Shown here: positions 1-12,033 of the stretch, one piece after another | Layout of the letters: each line of letters opens with the position of its first letter | Position numbering within the stretch: the first letter of the stretch is position 1 | From: Hydrolagus colliei | Taxonomy: Eukaryota | Assembly (NCBI GenBank): GCA_035084275.1 | Contig: CM068752.1 | Coordinates: 7,812,001 to 7,876,000 of the forward strand | Direction: 5' to 3' | DNA length: 64,000 bases | Translations under genes and position numbers: made by a program | Notes under the pieces: generated by a model | Told to the model about the DNA's origin: nothing | Databases searched by the model: none | What the model saw: the letters and a program-made list of their open reading frames with translations, nothing else

Positions 1-1104
1 CCCTCGTGTCTGTACCATCTCCATTAAATAGCAATCCTTCCAGTTCCCGTTTCCCTGCTCTGTCTCCTGTAGTTTAAGGTGCTATACAAGTGTAATTTTG
101 TTGTTGTAGTTTAGGTATCTATCCAACACCCTCTAGAGAGTATTGTTTTGGTGGTGATGGTGGTGTGGGGAGGTGGGGTGTCAGCCGAGGGTAGACCCGT
201 CATCGTTGCTTAAGAGTCTCCAAACCCAGCTGAGAATTCCACACATCCCACCTCCACATGGGAATCCGAGAGAGATTGTTGGGATGTTACAGGCTTGAGA
301 GGCTGAATGACCCTGTGTGGCTGAGCCGGGCTGGAGGGCAGATATTCCTGGTGACACCCACCCCCGTAGGGTGGGGCAGCCCGAGGAGGGGAAACGGATC
401 ATGTGGCAGGATGTGCCGGACTCGCCTTTGGCTCAGGGAATGTTTAACGTTCCTCAGTCTGAGAAACAGGAAGTGACCTAGCGCTGAGGTCAGGGCGCCA
501 CTCACTGCCGAGTGTGGACAGCATTCCCGGGAACATCTCTTCTCCTCCCCACGCTCCTCCCGGCTCAAACATTGGCCTCAGGTTCAAGGCAATGATGCAA
601 AGAATGGTGGAAGATTCCTGACATCAATTCCAATTTGGAATAATTCGGCTTCTAGACTGACTGAGAATTTAAAAATTTCTGCATAATATACAGCGGGCTC
701 AAGGCTTGGAGCATGAGGAATTCCATGCCTCTGAAACACACACACTGAAATCTACTCCCACTCACACACCGACACACACAGACACACACACACACACAGC
801 TGGGAGCCCTGCTCTCGCTCCGCTCACTTGAAACCCAATATTGACAGAGGAACCATTTGGTTTGTATTTTCTCACAGCTGGAGCTGAGAGCCAGACACTG
901 ACAGCTTTGTTACCCTGAAACCCCGAGTCTAACAACCTGAGTATAAAAACTCCATCCCACAGTCCCTTCCCCTCCTCTTCAACCGTGCCTTCGATCACCA
1001 TCCTCCCCCTCTACTCTCCACGCACTCAACCTTCCTGATCTGAATCCCTGCATCCCCATCTGTGTAACTGTCATGTGTTGTTATTGTACACAAACCTGAA
1101 CATA

Positions 1105-1420
1105 CAATAATAATAATAATTCTTGCATTTGATATAGCGCTTTTCACATCTTCTGGACATCTCAAAGCACTTCATTGAGTATACTGTAAAGTGAATTGAC
1201 TGTATATTTGTGGGCGAATCGCAGCAGCCAATTTTACACAGTAGCATCCCCACAAACAGTCGTGGATTGAAATGACCAATTTATTACTGTTTTTTTTAAG
1301 AGGGATTATTATCAGGCGTGTGGAGTAAGGAAACTTGCCCAAGGTTTCGCCCTGCCTGGAATTGAGCCCAGGTCTCTTGCTTGCAAGACAAGTGCTCTAA
1401 CTACTGAGCTACAGGACTCC
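1105..1420 (-). mobile_element. tRNA-derived SINE (DeuSINE-like body, L2-like tail)
   Basis: Minus strand has a tRNA head (gtcctgtagctcagtagttagagcac...gggctcaattcc), a core tgctactgtgtaaaattggctgctgcg and a tail aagcgctatatcaaatgcaagaattattattatt. Confidence 0.75.
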
Positions 1421-2805
1421 ACAATACAAAACGACATGTGTAGAGTGCCTTTCACGTCAGGAGGACGTCCGAGGCGCTGATACTGAGACGCCGTCCGGCG
1501 TGGAGGCCGCTATATAAATCTCAATAAGTTGTTGTTGGTATTCAAAACTCCATTTGTTCACATATAAAAATGTCAAAAAGAAAAACTAACAACTTTATTT
1601 TGGAAAAAATCAAACTCTTTCCTCTGACCAACAAAAATGAAAGTTATTTTATTGAAAAGCTGGGTTAAAAAAACAGCTTTATCAACATCACTGGATAAAA
1701 TCTTATTCCTTTTTTCTCTCTCTTCCCCCCCACCCCCTCACTCTTCCTCCCTCTTTCTCTCTTTACACAATTTTCACCACAGCTTCCAGCTCTCGTCAAA
1801 ACATTCACTTTCGCTGAGGCACGGACCCAATAACCCTATCACAGGACTAACCCCCTGAGACAGAGAGAGAAAAACAGACACTAAGACTGAGAGAGAGTGA
1901 CGCACACACAAACACAGTGAGAGAGAGAGAGAGACACGCACACAAACACATACACAGATAGAGAGAATGAGATACACACATAGAAACACACACACAGTGA
2001 GGCAAAGAGGGAAAGACTTGGGTTTGAAATGGGTTTGAAATTGCAGGAGGCAGAGCAGAGCGAGGGAGGTGAGGGATCATCGGAAATCGTGTCTTCATTG
2101 ACATTCACTAAAAACAGCTGTTCCTCATGGAAACCTCATCCAGATCCTCTCCAACCTTCAGTCAGTCTCTCTCCCAGTCCCTACAGTGGGTGCTGGGCAG
2201 GGAGTGAGGCACTGAAAGAGTTACACACAGAGACAGGATCGTTCGCACAGAATTATAATAACATAACAATAGGTTTCAAAAGAGAATCGGATAAATATTT
2301 GAGACAGTAAATTCTCAAAGGATGTGTAAAGTGTGTGTGGGGTGATCGCTGCTGTGCACAATTGGCTGCCGCGTTTCACCCGCAAAATATACAATCACTA
2401 CATTTAATATGTATTCTGTGAAGCGCTTTGAGACGTCTCAACCACCCGATAAGATGCTGTATCAAATACAAGCGTTATTATTATTATCATCATTAATACT
2501 ATTATACATTTGCTCTGTCAGTATCCCCAAAGGCCGAACGGCCAAATAGCTTTCAGTGAAATCACACTTACTCTCATTCATTCTCACACTCATTCATCTG
2601 CTCACACTCACTCTCTCGGAAGCTCACACACACACACACACACACTCTCTCTCTGATTCACTCACACAGTTTGTGCACACTGGGAACTGTACACTGAACT
2701 CCCCTAGCTGACGCTGACAAGCAAATGTAGAGCAACAAAAGGAATAGTGTTTTACTGTGTCAGTCCACACCCCCCTTCCCTCCTCCCTCCCTCCCTCCCT
2801 TCCAG

Positions 2806-2917
2806 TGTAAGTGATCTCTTAGCTCAGCCCAGCACAGTGCCAGGAGCCAGCCAGCGGGAGCCACACACACAGCCAGGCTCTCAGAGAGCGGAGACATCAG
2901 CCAGCACCTTCTCTCAG
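2806..2917 (+). CDS. Candidate upstream coding exon of SYNPO
   Basis: Pyrimidine-rich acceptor ccttccag|, donor CAG|gtagga, open frame VSDLLAQPSTVPG...ASTFSQ. It ends in phase 0, matching the phase-0 acceptor at 8822. No homology confirmed. Confidence 0.35.
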
Positions 2918-5900
2918 GTAGGACTCGCTCTCTCCACCCCCACCCACCCCTTCCGTAACCACACACACACACCACCCCCACACAATGATCCCAAGGCAGG
3001 CTGTGCTAACACACAGTGCCTGTGTAAAGACTTGCGAGGGAAATTCCTTCAACAGATGAGGTGCGGGCAGGCAGGCAGAGCAGACAGTGACACACAGCAA
3101 GACTGTGTGAAAGTTTGCGAGGAGTTTATGAGCTGAAAGACCAGCGCTTTGGGACGTCATCCCGACATGAAAAGGCAAAGGTGCTCTGTGCGCATAATCT
3201 GTTGTTGTTGAGATGGTTGTGGGGCCGTTGTGTGGCATTTTGTATCACATCTCTTAGTACACAATGTGGAATGTACAATGGAAGTATTTGAAGTATCAGG
3301 GCAACTTCTCTCATCCTCTTCGATGGTTTAAAAATTCTGCATTTACACGTTCCCTATTAGGAAAATTGTTGGCAATTTTCTGTTGTTGTCTAATTTTCAA
3401 GAAAGTTGTTTTGACAGTGAAACCTGACTCGAGTCTGTGGAGCAAGACGTCAGCTGTGACATAGAGACTGAGACACAGAGACACCGAGACACACTGAGAC
3501 ACACAAGCAGAGGCACAGACACACTGAGACGCAGACACACTGAGACACACAGACTTACACACAGGGACACTGAAACATGCACAAACACTGAGACACACAC
3601 ACACACACAGACACACTAAAATATACACACACACTGAGACACCGACACATTAAGATACACACACAGAGAGACACATACATACAGAGACACACACACTGGA
3701 TCACACACACATTGGGACATAGACAGACTGAGACACTTAGAGCTCCAGTAAGCGAGTAAGGCTGTTGTACAGACTTGTCACGTCACACACATTGCAAAGA
3801 AAGAGAAGGCGAGAAAGAGAGAGAATAACAAGAAGTTACATTTGTATAGCGCCTTTCATGTCAGAAGGAGACAAAGAGGGAGAGACACACACACACATCA
3901 CACAAAGAAACAAAGAGACAGAGAGGTAAGAGAGACAAAAAGAGAGAAATACACACACCGTCAAACTATCACAGTGATGGAGAGACACACACAGCTCAGA
4001 GATAGAGACACGCTACATAAAAGCAGTAACTGTCCAGCGCCTTGAGACATCCTTCTGACGCGAAAGGCGCTCTACAAATGTAATTTTGTTGTGGTGTGAT
4101 TGGAGAGGAGCTCAGCTCTGCCGAGTGAGCACCCACACACACCCACAACCCACCCACACCCGAAACCCACCCACCCACAACCCACCGCGCGGCTCCTCAC
4201 GGCTGTCAAGTGACATTGGGGAAATGTTGGACGTTGCTATGTTCCCACGGTAACGAGCGCCAGGCGATCCCGTGTCTGTGGTAAAGCATACCGGCCCGGC
4301 ACGGAGCCAGCATTATGTCACCGGTGTCGGATTCCACCCCCCCCCACCCCCCACACACCCACAGGCATCGGTCACTGTGACAGATCAACTGTTACATTGA
4401 GCCATTACATTTGGGTGAATGAATGACAGCTCTCTGTTTGTCTCTCTCTGTTTCTGTCTCTGTTTCTCTCTGTGTGTCTCTCTCCATCTCTCTCTGTCTC
4501 TGTCACCCTCTCCCGGTCTCTGTCCCAGTCTGTCTCTGTCTCTCTATGCCTCTCACTCTCGGTCTCTCGCTGTGCTAACGCCCAGGGCAGCTCTTGGGTC
4601 AAAGGCAGTTCAAACACGGAGGGAAATGAAGTAAATGTTCCATTAAATTTAGCTTATTTAATAAGTGACAGGAAATTCATAATATCCTCTCACTCAGCCT
4701 CTGTCCCTGTCTGGAGACATTAACTCATCAACACTGAAGGTCATTATAGGACAGGTTAGAGACAGAGTGAAACTTTCCCCTCTCTCCCTCCGTCACTCTC
4801 TCTCCCCTCCTCTCTCACTCCCTCTCCTCACTCTATCAACCCCCCTATTTCTCTTACTCTCACCCCCCCCCCCCCCCCTACACAGTCACCACACTTTACA
4901 GTATAAGCTGAGAAGCGCTTTGAAACGTCTCGACAGAGTGTTCAGGGTCTGTATCAAATGGAAGTATTATTACCCAGTGCCTCGGGGGAGTGGGGAGGTG
5001 CCCCCGACGTGAAAGGCCAGATACCAAGTGTAATTTGTTGTTGTGGAGCAACCTTACCTGTCCACTGTGTCACCAGGTGAAGGCAGTGCGCCACCTGCTG
5101 GCCTGACAGCAACGTGCAGCCGGGGGGTGACGGGTCCTCTCTCTGCCTCCATCAGTCAGTAGTCACAGGGGAGACTCTCTGATCAGCGACTTGCTGTCTG
5201 TGGGGAGGGGAAGGTTGCGCTCTCAGTGAGTTTCACAAAGAATTGGAGGAAACGTAGAAACAGGAGGAGGCCATTCAGCCCCTCGAGCGCGTTCCGACAT
5301 TCTATACGATCATGGCTGACCTGCACCTCAACTCCCCAATTACATATGGGGCTTGGCCCTGTGTTCCTTGATACCCCGACCTGACAAACATGAATCCACC
5401 TCAGTCCTGAAGGAAGAGAGAGGAGAAGGGAGTGGGGGGAGGGGAGTGGGTGGGGGGGAGGGGAGGAGTGGGGGGATGGGAGTGGGTGGGGGGGAGGGGA
5501 GGAGTGGGGGGGTGGAATGTGGACGAAGGGCGTGGAGAGCAGTCAGCTGGAAGCGATTACCGAGTCTCTGGGTTGAGCTGCAATATAGCAGCTGTGAACT
5601 GTCCACCTTTGAGCTGAACACTGACTGTGTTGTGTGTACAATGTTTGTCGGTGAGAGTTTGGGATCAGATCAGAGAGTGTATATAAACCTGTCTGTGATC
5701 AGAGTGAGAGCTTTAAACACGCAGGAAAAGGAAAGGATAAGGAAAGCTATTTGATGAGGGGTTTTTTCCAAGGCTGAGGAGGGTTTCAGTCTGAGGGAAA
5801 AGGCATGGAATTGGCAAACGAGTTTGGCAGATGGTACGTTATTTTGGGGGTGACTTTCTCCATCGCAGCGTTTAGTATTTCCATATTGGTCAAAGCCAAG

Positions 5901-8821
5901 AAAAGAATTGAGCCAAACGCAGAGAGAGAGAGAGATGGGAGTTGGGGGAGGGGAGTTAGGGGTGAGAGCGGGAGTGAGGGGTGAGATTGCGAGGGAATAA
6001 CGTGAGGGAATAAGTGATGAGGAGTTTGACATTCACCTTCCCTTAGCCCCCCCCCCCCCCCCCCCATATCTCTGGCTCCTGCTTAACAACAACAACAACA
6101 ACAACAACAAAATTGCACTTATATAGCGCCTTTCACATCGGGAGGACATCCGAAAGCGCTGAACAGTCTGGTCAGGACCCGAGTGGGTGGGGGGGTCGAA
6201 GTAGGGAGAAGGGAAGGAGAGTGGGAGAGGGGGAAGAGTCAGTGCGGCAGCCAAAGGCGCGGTCGAAAAGGAAGGTCTTGAGACCGGCCTTGAAGGAGGA
6301 AAGGGAGAAAGTGAGGCGGAAGGGCTGCGGGATGGAGTTCCTCAGTGCTTAATTGGTTAACCTTTATTTTGCAACTCAAAAGCATCCACATCGGGATAAT
6401 AATCCCTTCGAAATAAAACTTTAGTCTGTTTAGGGGATGCTGCTGTGTGCAATCGGCTGCCGCGTTTCACCCACACAAAACACACAGTCAATCCCACCTT
6501 ACAGCGTATTCCTGTGAAGCGCTTTGAGATATCATGAAGACGTGATAAGGTGCTGTATCAAATGCAAGGATTGTTACTGTAATATATGATGTCCCGGAGA
6601 ATTGGTTGGTGTTTCTGATGATTTGCTCCATCACCGGAAAAAGTGGGAGGCAATGTCGCAAGTTTGCAGAACGGGATGTGACTGGTGATAATTATCACAT
6701 CACATGCTGCAAATTACCTCCACCCCCCCTCCACCACCCGCGCTGCCCCACCCCCAGAATAAATTAACGTCATGCGGTCTTTTAACGAGAGAGTGAGAGA
6801 GGGAGAGAGCTGGAGCACTATGACCCTGTAGACATCTCGCTCTGCGAGACTCAATGGAATTTCGGCTTCTCTTGATTTAAAACCACTTTTAGAAAGTTCA
6901 CTTCAGTCTGAGCTGACAGGCGCGGGGCGGACTCGCTCACTCACTCACTGCCCCGGACAGTTACCTGATACCCTCCCCACCCCCCATCTCCACCCCCCCC
7001 ATCTCCCCACCCCAACCCTGCCCCCCCCCCCCCCCCCCCCCCCACCTCTAAAAGGAAAATTGCTGTTGGGAGATATTTCTGCAGCTAAATTGGAAAAAGT
7101 GCAGACGAGGGCGAAACGCGACAACCAGACTGTGCTCTCGGCTGCTTCTCGCTCACGGTGTCATCGGCAAACCCGCAGACGTTCCACCGAACAAGGGGTA
7201 AGGGTGTGTGGGGGGGTGTGGGGGTGTGTGGGGGGGTGTGGGGGTGTGTGTGGGTGTGTGTGGGGGGGGGGGGTTATACAGCACCCAACGCACTCCCCCC
7301 ATCCATCCTACCCCACCCCAGGGACACGAGGCGTTCAGTTGTAGCCGAGTCGCGAGTCACGTCTAAGATTTAAGATCGGCACAAAAAGGGGAATTAGGGA
7401 GCAGAACCGCAGGGTGGGAGGAATGCGACAGAAATAAATTGGACAGATGTCGGAAGAGAGGAATGCCGTATTAAAGGGAGGATGTGCGCGGGGAGAGAGA
7501 GAGACAGAGAGGGAGACACAGAGAGACTGGCGCTCAGTTGGTGCGAGAGTGAAAGTTAAGCATGAACACAGTGGGCTGAATGGATGTGTCTGATGTTCTG
7601 ATAAGCGCTCTGGGACATAACCTTCCATGAGGAGCGCTATGTTGTTATTGATACTCCGCAGTGTTTGTGTGTGTGTGTAAAGAGATTCCAGAGTCTCAGG
7701 ACCGGGAGCTAGGAATTCCCCTTCGCTGGACTGAAACAACAGTAGATAATAATAATGATAATTTCTTGCTTTTGATACTTATCACGATCAGGTCAATGTC
7801 TGTTTGGAAATAGTGTCTTGGGATACAGCAAATTGCAGTCACAAAATACATTTTCCACTCCACTTGACAGTATATCCTGCAAAGCCGGATAATGTGCTGT
7901 GATAAGGCGCAGTAACAAATATTCTTATTAGTGTTGTATAGTTTGGGAGGTGACTGGCAGGAGGGTAGAAGATAAACTGGATGGACATTGGTCTTGTTTT
8001 TTCCATCAATTCTTAGATTCACACAGAGAGGACGCGATATTTCTGGGGTGGGGTGAGGGTGTGGTGGGGAGTTGATTAGTCCTCGGGCAAGGAGTCTCTC
8101 CACCTGGCTTCTGATCTCCGACTCTTACCATCTGTTGCCTTCCCCTCAATACCTTCCCCCACCCCAACCAACCATATTTACACACACACACACTGCCATC
8201 TGCCTCCCGCAGGGAACAGCGACCCCTGGTGGTCTATTGGGAGTGTTGCAGCAATTGCTCCCTCTCAGTGGGGTTGGGGGGGGGGGGTGGGGGTTGTCCA
8301 CTGACCATCACTCCGACCTCCTCTTCTCCCAGACACAAAAACCTCTCAAACCTTAGCCACTGCGACCCTACAAAGACCTTATAACTGCTCCTGTCTGGCC
8401 AAGCTTTCCCGCTGTTTGTCCAACTAGGACCATCGTCCCTGTCTGTCAGTCAGTTAGTTAGTTAGTGTTTTGGCTGCAGGGTTAGCAGAAGTTGATTGAG
8501 AGGATCAATTGTCCCCAGTGACTGGTCTTCCCTTCCAGGTCCTGCTGATGAGCCAGGCTGTGCTGTCAATAGCAGTGAGAGCCCTGGATATACTGTGGAC
8601 CCGCCTGGCTCAGCAACCAGGTCTAGAGACCGTCACAGAGGCCTGGCCTTAGCACTGGGGCAGTGGAGGGTTGGGTGGTCTCTCCCTCTCTCTGGTGTGT
8701 GCTGGTGCTGACTGACCTGCCCCTTAGAGGTAAGCCACAATGGGAGAATATCTGGCTTTGGTGTCTGTGTTGACATTTCTCTCTGCTCTCTCTCTCTACT
8801 CCCCCTCTCCCCTCCCTGCAG

Positions 8822-11365
8822 GGCTCCACAGAGCAGCTTGACTCGGACATTGTGACGGAGAGTGCGAGTGAGAACGCGAGGCTGAGTGCCACGCTTGGCC
8901 CCCAAGGGCCCGAGCTCGGGTTCCGGGGCCCCCAACGACTCGATGAGCTCACACTGAGCGGTGAGAGGGAGCCGGTAGCAAATGGCGGCAAAGTGACGGA
9001 GATTGGAGAGCTGGAGGCCGAGCCGGGAGCAGGAAGCCTGGAGCCGGCTTGGCAGGCAGGGGGATGCCTGGAGGCCAACCTGCCCTACTTTGAGAGCCGA
9101 GGGGCGGGAGAGATGGAGAGGCAAGTGGGGGCGGACACAGACACGGAGAAGGACAGACTCACCGTGGGCGAGATAGAGCCTCAAGGAGCCGGTGAGATGG
9201 TGACGGAGCCCGAGGAGATGCCAGTCAAACCAGCCAGGACAGCGCTGGAAGTTCACTTGGCCCCCGTCCCGCCTGGCCGGGCCTACATCGACCTGCAGTG
9301 GGAAGGCCATGAGTCCTACTCCATCACCCCGGGAAACAAGTCACCCCTCCCAGTGTCACTAGACACCAGCCCCCAGCCCCCTGCCCCGGCCTACCCCAGC
9401 CCTCCCCCAGTTTCCCGACTCCCACCTCCCCCCACGCTGGCCCAACTCCCCAGCCAGGCAGGGAAGAGCAGCATTCTGGAAGATTCTAAGGTTCGCCGGG
9501 TAGGGAAGAAGCCCATGTTCACGTTCTTCGAGAAACCAAAAGTCACACCCAACCCTGAGCTGCTGTCCATGGTTCTGGGCCAGGATGAGAGGAAGCGACG
9601 AGAGGAGGAGCCAGGGCCTGGGGTAGAGGAGGAGGAGTACCTGAGCCTGGGGGCCGAGGCGGCCTCCCTGTCCCAGTCCTGGGCCTCAGGCCAGGGTCCG
9701 TGGCGGCCCCCAGAGCCAGCCTCCGGCCTGTGCCAGGCCCCAGAGTGGTTGTCTTGCTTGAAGCCCTCGGAGACCAGGCCCCAGCCGCGGTCCGGGGCTT
9801 CCCAGGCTCTGGCCGAGCGGACTGGCCGAGGGGCCGAGCTGTTCGCCAGACGACAATCGCGGATGGAGAGATATGTGATCGAGTCAGCTCCAGTCAGAGA
9901 GACCCCGGCTCGCTCCCCCTCCCCCACCATGTCCCTGCCACCATCTTGGAAATGCTCGGAGCCCCCCCGAAGAGCCTCAGCCAGTGGGTGGGGGTCGGGG
10001 CCAAGGAGCTCAGGCAGAGGTTTCAGAACCCAGCCGACGGGCTTCACCGCTCCCCCACAAGCCCCCCCACAAACCCCCCCTCGGTGGGACGGCTCCCGAC
10101 ATCAGCTGAACCCCTCCCTGTTTATTCTCTCCCCCAACAGGAGTCCCACGGCCTCCCTGCCTAAGGCAGCTCCCCCACCACCCAAGCTTATCATGGCCGA
10201 GGCACCTCCACCAGCCAGGCCCCCCCCTCCTCTCAGGCAGGCCTCACTGCCCCCTCCCCTGACACAGGCCTCACTGCCCGCTCCCCTCTTACGGGCCTCA
10301 CTGCCCGCTCCACTCACAGTGGGTTTGTTCCCATCCACCATCAACCAGGCTTCAGTCCCAGCTCCATTCACACAGCCTGCTCTCCCCACTCCTCTCAGAC
10401 AGGCCTCGTTCTTCTCCACCAGGAACGAGGCCTCACTACCCACTCCCCTCCCTCAGGCTTCTGCCTTCCGACCACCACCACAGGCTTCGTTCCCCTCCCC
10501 CGCCAACCAGGTCTCGCTCTCTGCCCCCCAACCACAGGCTTTGTACACCTCCACCAACAACCAGGGTTCATTCCCCTCCACCCTCACACCGGCCTCACTC
10601 CACTCCATCCTCACCCAGGCCTCACTCCCCTCCCCACTCCCACCGGCTTCGCTCCCCTCCCCACTCCCACCAGCCTCGCTCCCCTCCCCCCTCACCCAGG
10701 CCTCACTCCCCTCCCCACTCCCACCAGCCTCGCTCGCCTCCCCACTCACCCAGGCCTCACTCCCCTCCCCACTCCCACCAGCCTCGCTCCCCTCCCCCCT
10801 CACCCAGGCCTCACTCCCCTCCCCACTCCCACCAGCCTCACTTCCCTCCCCCCTCACCCAGGCCTCACTCCCCTCCCCTCTCACACCAGCTTTGCTCCCC
10901 TCGCACGTCATACAGGTCTCGCTCCCCTCCCCCCTCACACCAGCCTCGCTCCCCTCCCCCTTCACACCAGCCTCGCTCCCCTCCATCCTCCCACCAGCCT
11001 CCCTCCCCTCCATCCTCCCACCAGCCTCACTCCCCTCCCCCCTCACCCAGGCCTCACTCCCCTCCCCCCCCAAACAGGCCTCACTCCCCTCCCTCCTCAC
11101 ACAAGCCTTGCTCCCCTCCCCGGAGGGAGCCTCCATCTCCCCGCCCAGGCTAAATGGATTTGATAACCACGACGACAGCTTCAGTGCCGCAGTGGTGGCC
11201 GTGCCGGTGGAGGTGATCCCGGTGTCGCCGCCATCGTCTTCCCCCGACCGCCGCAGCCCGTCCCCGAGAAGCCAGGAACCGGCAAGGGCCCCGAGACCCT
11301 CCTTCTCAGCCAAGACAGCGGGACTTGAGGCTCAGGTGTGGATTCCGGCCTCCGACTTTCTCTGA
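8822..11365 (+). CDS. SYNPO: Synaptopodin, short C-terminal isoform (read-through of the 11336 donor, ending AQVWIPASDFL*)
   Basis: The unspliced frame continues to TGA at 11363-11365 and resembles the human short-isoform end AQVWKPSFCFK. Intronic AATAAA at 12145-12150. Confidence 0.7.
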   Translation, partial: GSTEQLDSDIVTESASENARLSATLGPQGPELGFRGPQRLDELTLSGEREPVANGGKVTEIGELEAEPGAGSLEPAWQAGGCLEANLPYFESRGAGEMERQVGADTDTEKDRLTVGEIEPQGAGEMVTEPEEMPVKPARTALEVHLAPVPPGRAYIDLQWEGHESYSITPGNKSPLPVSLDTSPQPPAPAYPSPPPVSRLPPPPTLAQLPSQAGKSSILEDSKVRRVGKKPMFTFFEKPKVTPNPELLSMVLGQDERKRREEEPGPGVEEEEYLSLGAEAASLSQSWASGQGPWRPPEPASGLCQAPEWLSCLKPSETRPQPRSGASQALAERTGRGAELFARRQSRMERYVIESAPVRETPARSPSPTMSLPPSWKCSEPPRRASASGWGSGPRSSGRGFRTQPTGFTAPPQAPPQTPPRWDGSRHQLNPSLFILSPNRSPTASLPKAAPPPPKLIMAEAPPPARPPPPLRQASLPPPLTQASLPAPLLRASLPAPLTVGLFPSTINQASVPAPFTQPALPTPLRQASFFSTRNEASLPTPLPQASAFRPPPQASFPSPANQVSLSAPQPQALYTSTNNQGSFPSTLTPASLHSILTQASLPSPLPPASLPSPLPPASLPSPLTQASLPSPLPPASLASPLTQASLPSPLPPASLPSPLTQASLPSPLPPASLPSPLTQASLPSPLTPALLPSHVIQVSLPSPLTPASLPSPFTPASLPSILPPASLPSILPPASLPSPLTQASLPSPPKQASLPSLLTQALLPSPEGASISPPRLNGFDNHDDSFSAAVVAVPVEVIPVSPPSSSPDRRSPSPRSQEPARAPRPSFSAKTAGLEAQVWIPASDFL

Positions 11366-12001
11366 GGAGCGCGGGTGGGCGGTGTGTGTGGGATGGTGGG
11401 GGCAAGGGTAAACTCACAGGGTTATGTATAACGTGTGACCAAAAAGTAGCATATCCACCCTATTATCTAAAAAAGCAAAAAACATCATCATTTATTTCAA
11501 GACTTATTAGACATTGTAATGGTATCACAACTTTTTGGTCACCCTGTATATATAGGAACAGGAGGAGGCCATTCAGCCCCTCCAGCCTGTTTGGCCATTG
11601 TATCAGATTATGGCAATCTGAAGCCATAATGGCAATCTATGGCAATATTAATTATCAGATAATTCTGAATGCTCAACGCTGAGTATTCAGAACAATTAGA
11701 AACACGTCCCCTTATTGCTGTACAGTGACAGCATCAAACTAGGCAAAATATATCCAAAGATTCTGAAAGACACCAACTTGGTTCATCCCCCACCACATCC
11801 CCCAACACAACAACAACAAAATTACACAGCACCACACACACCCGCGCACACAAATACATACCAATGGCATAGACGGCTGAACCGATGGTGGCGGTGGCTC
11901 GAGCTGGTATCTCGTCACTGGCTGGATTCGGTCTCTCCTTCCCTCTTATTCTGCCTCGCTCACTCTCCCTCCCTGGCTCTCTCTATTCCCAAATCTCTCT
12001 G

Positions 12002-12033
<32 letters not shown>

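Noticed and set aside
3440-4570. Many CA/GA-rich ORFs (THTH, ERER, VCVC), and G/C tracts elsewhere such as 5430-5515 and 7200-7272
   Set aside because: Simple-sequence repeats. G-quadruplex potential is ubiquitous in this window and not specific.
7060-7197. ORF ending at a phase-0 donor (GGG|gtaagg) upstream of SYNPO
   Set aside because: There is no in-frame ATG and no homology. It may be an alternative non-coding first exon, but that is unsupported.
8539-8729. Possible SYNPO exon (acceptor 8538, donors 8621 or 8730)
   Set aside because: I found no stop-free frame joining the phase-0 acceptor at 8822. At most it is a non-coding exon.
10453-11313. 286-aa minus-strand GEGSEA-repeat ORF
   Set aside because: Antisense shadow of the SYNPO coding minisatellite.
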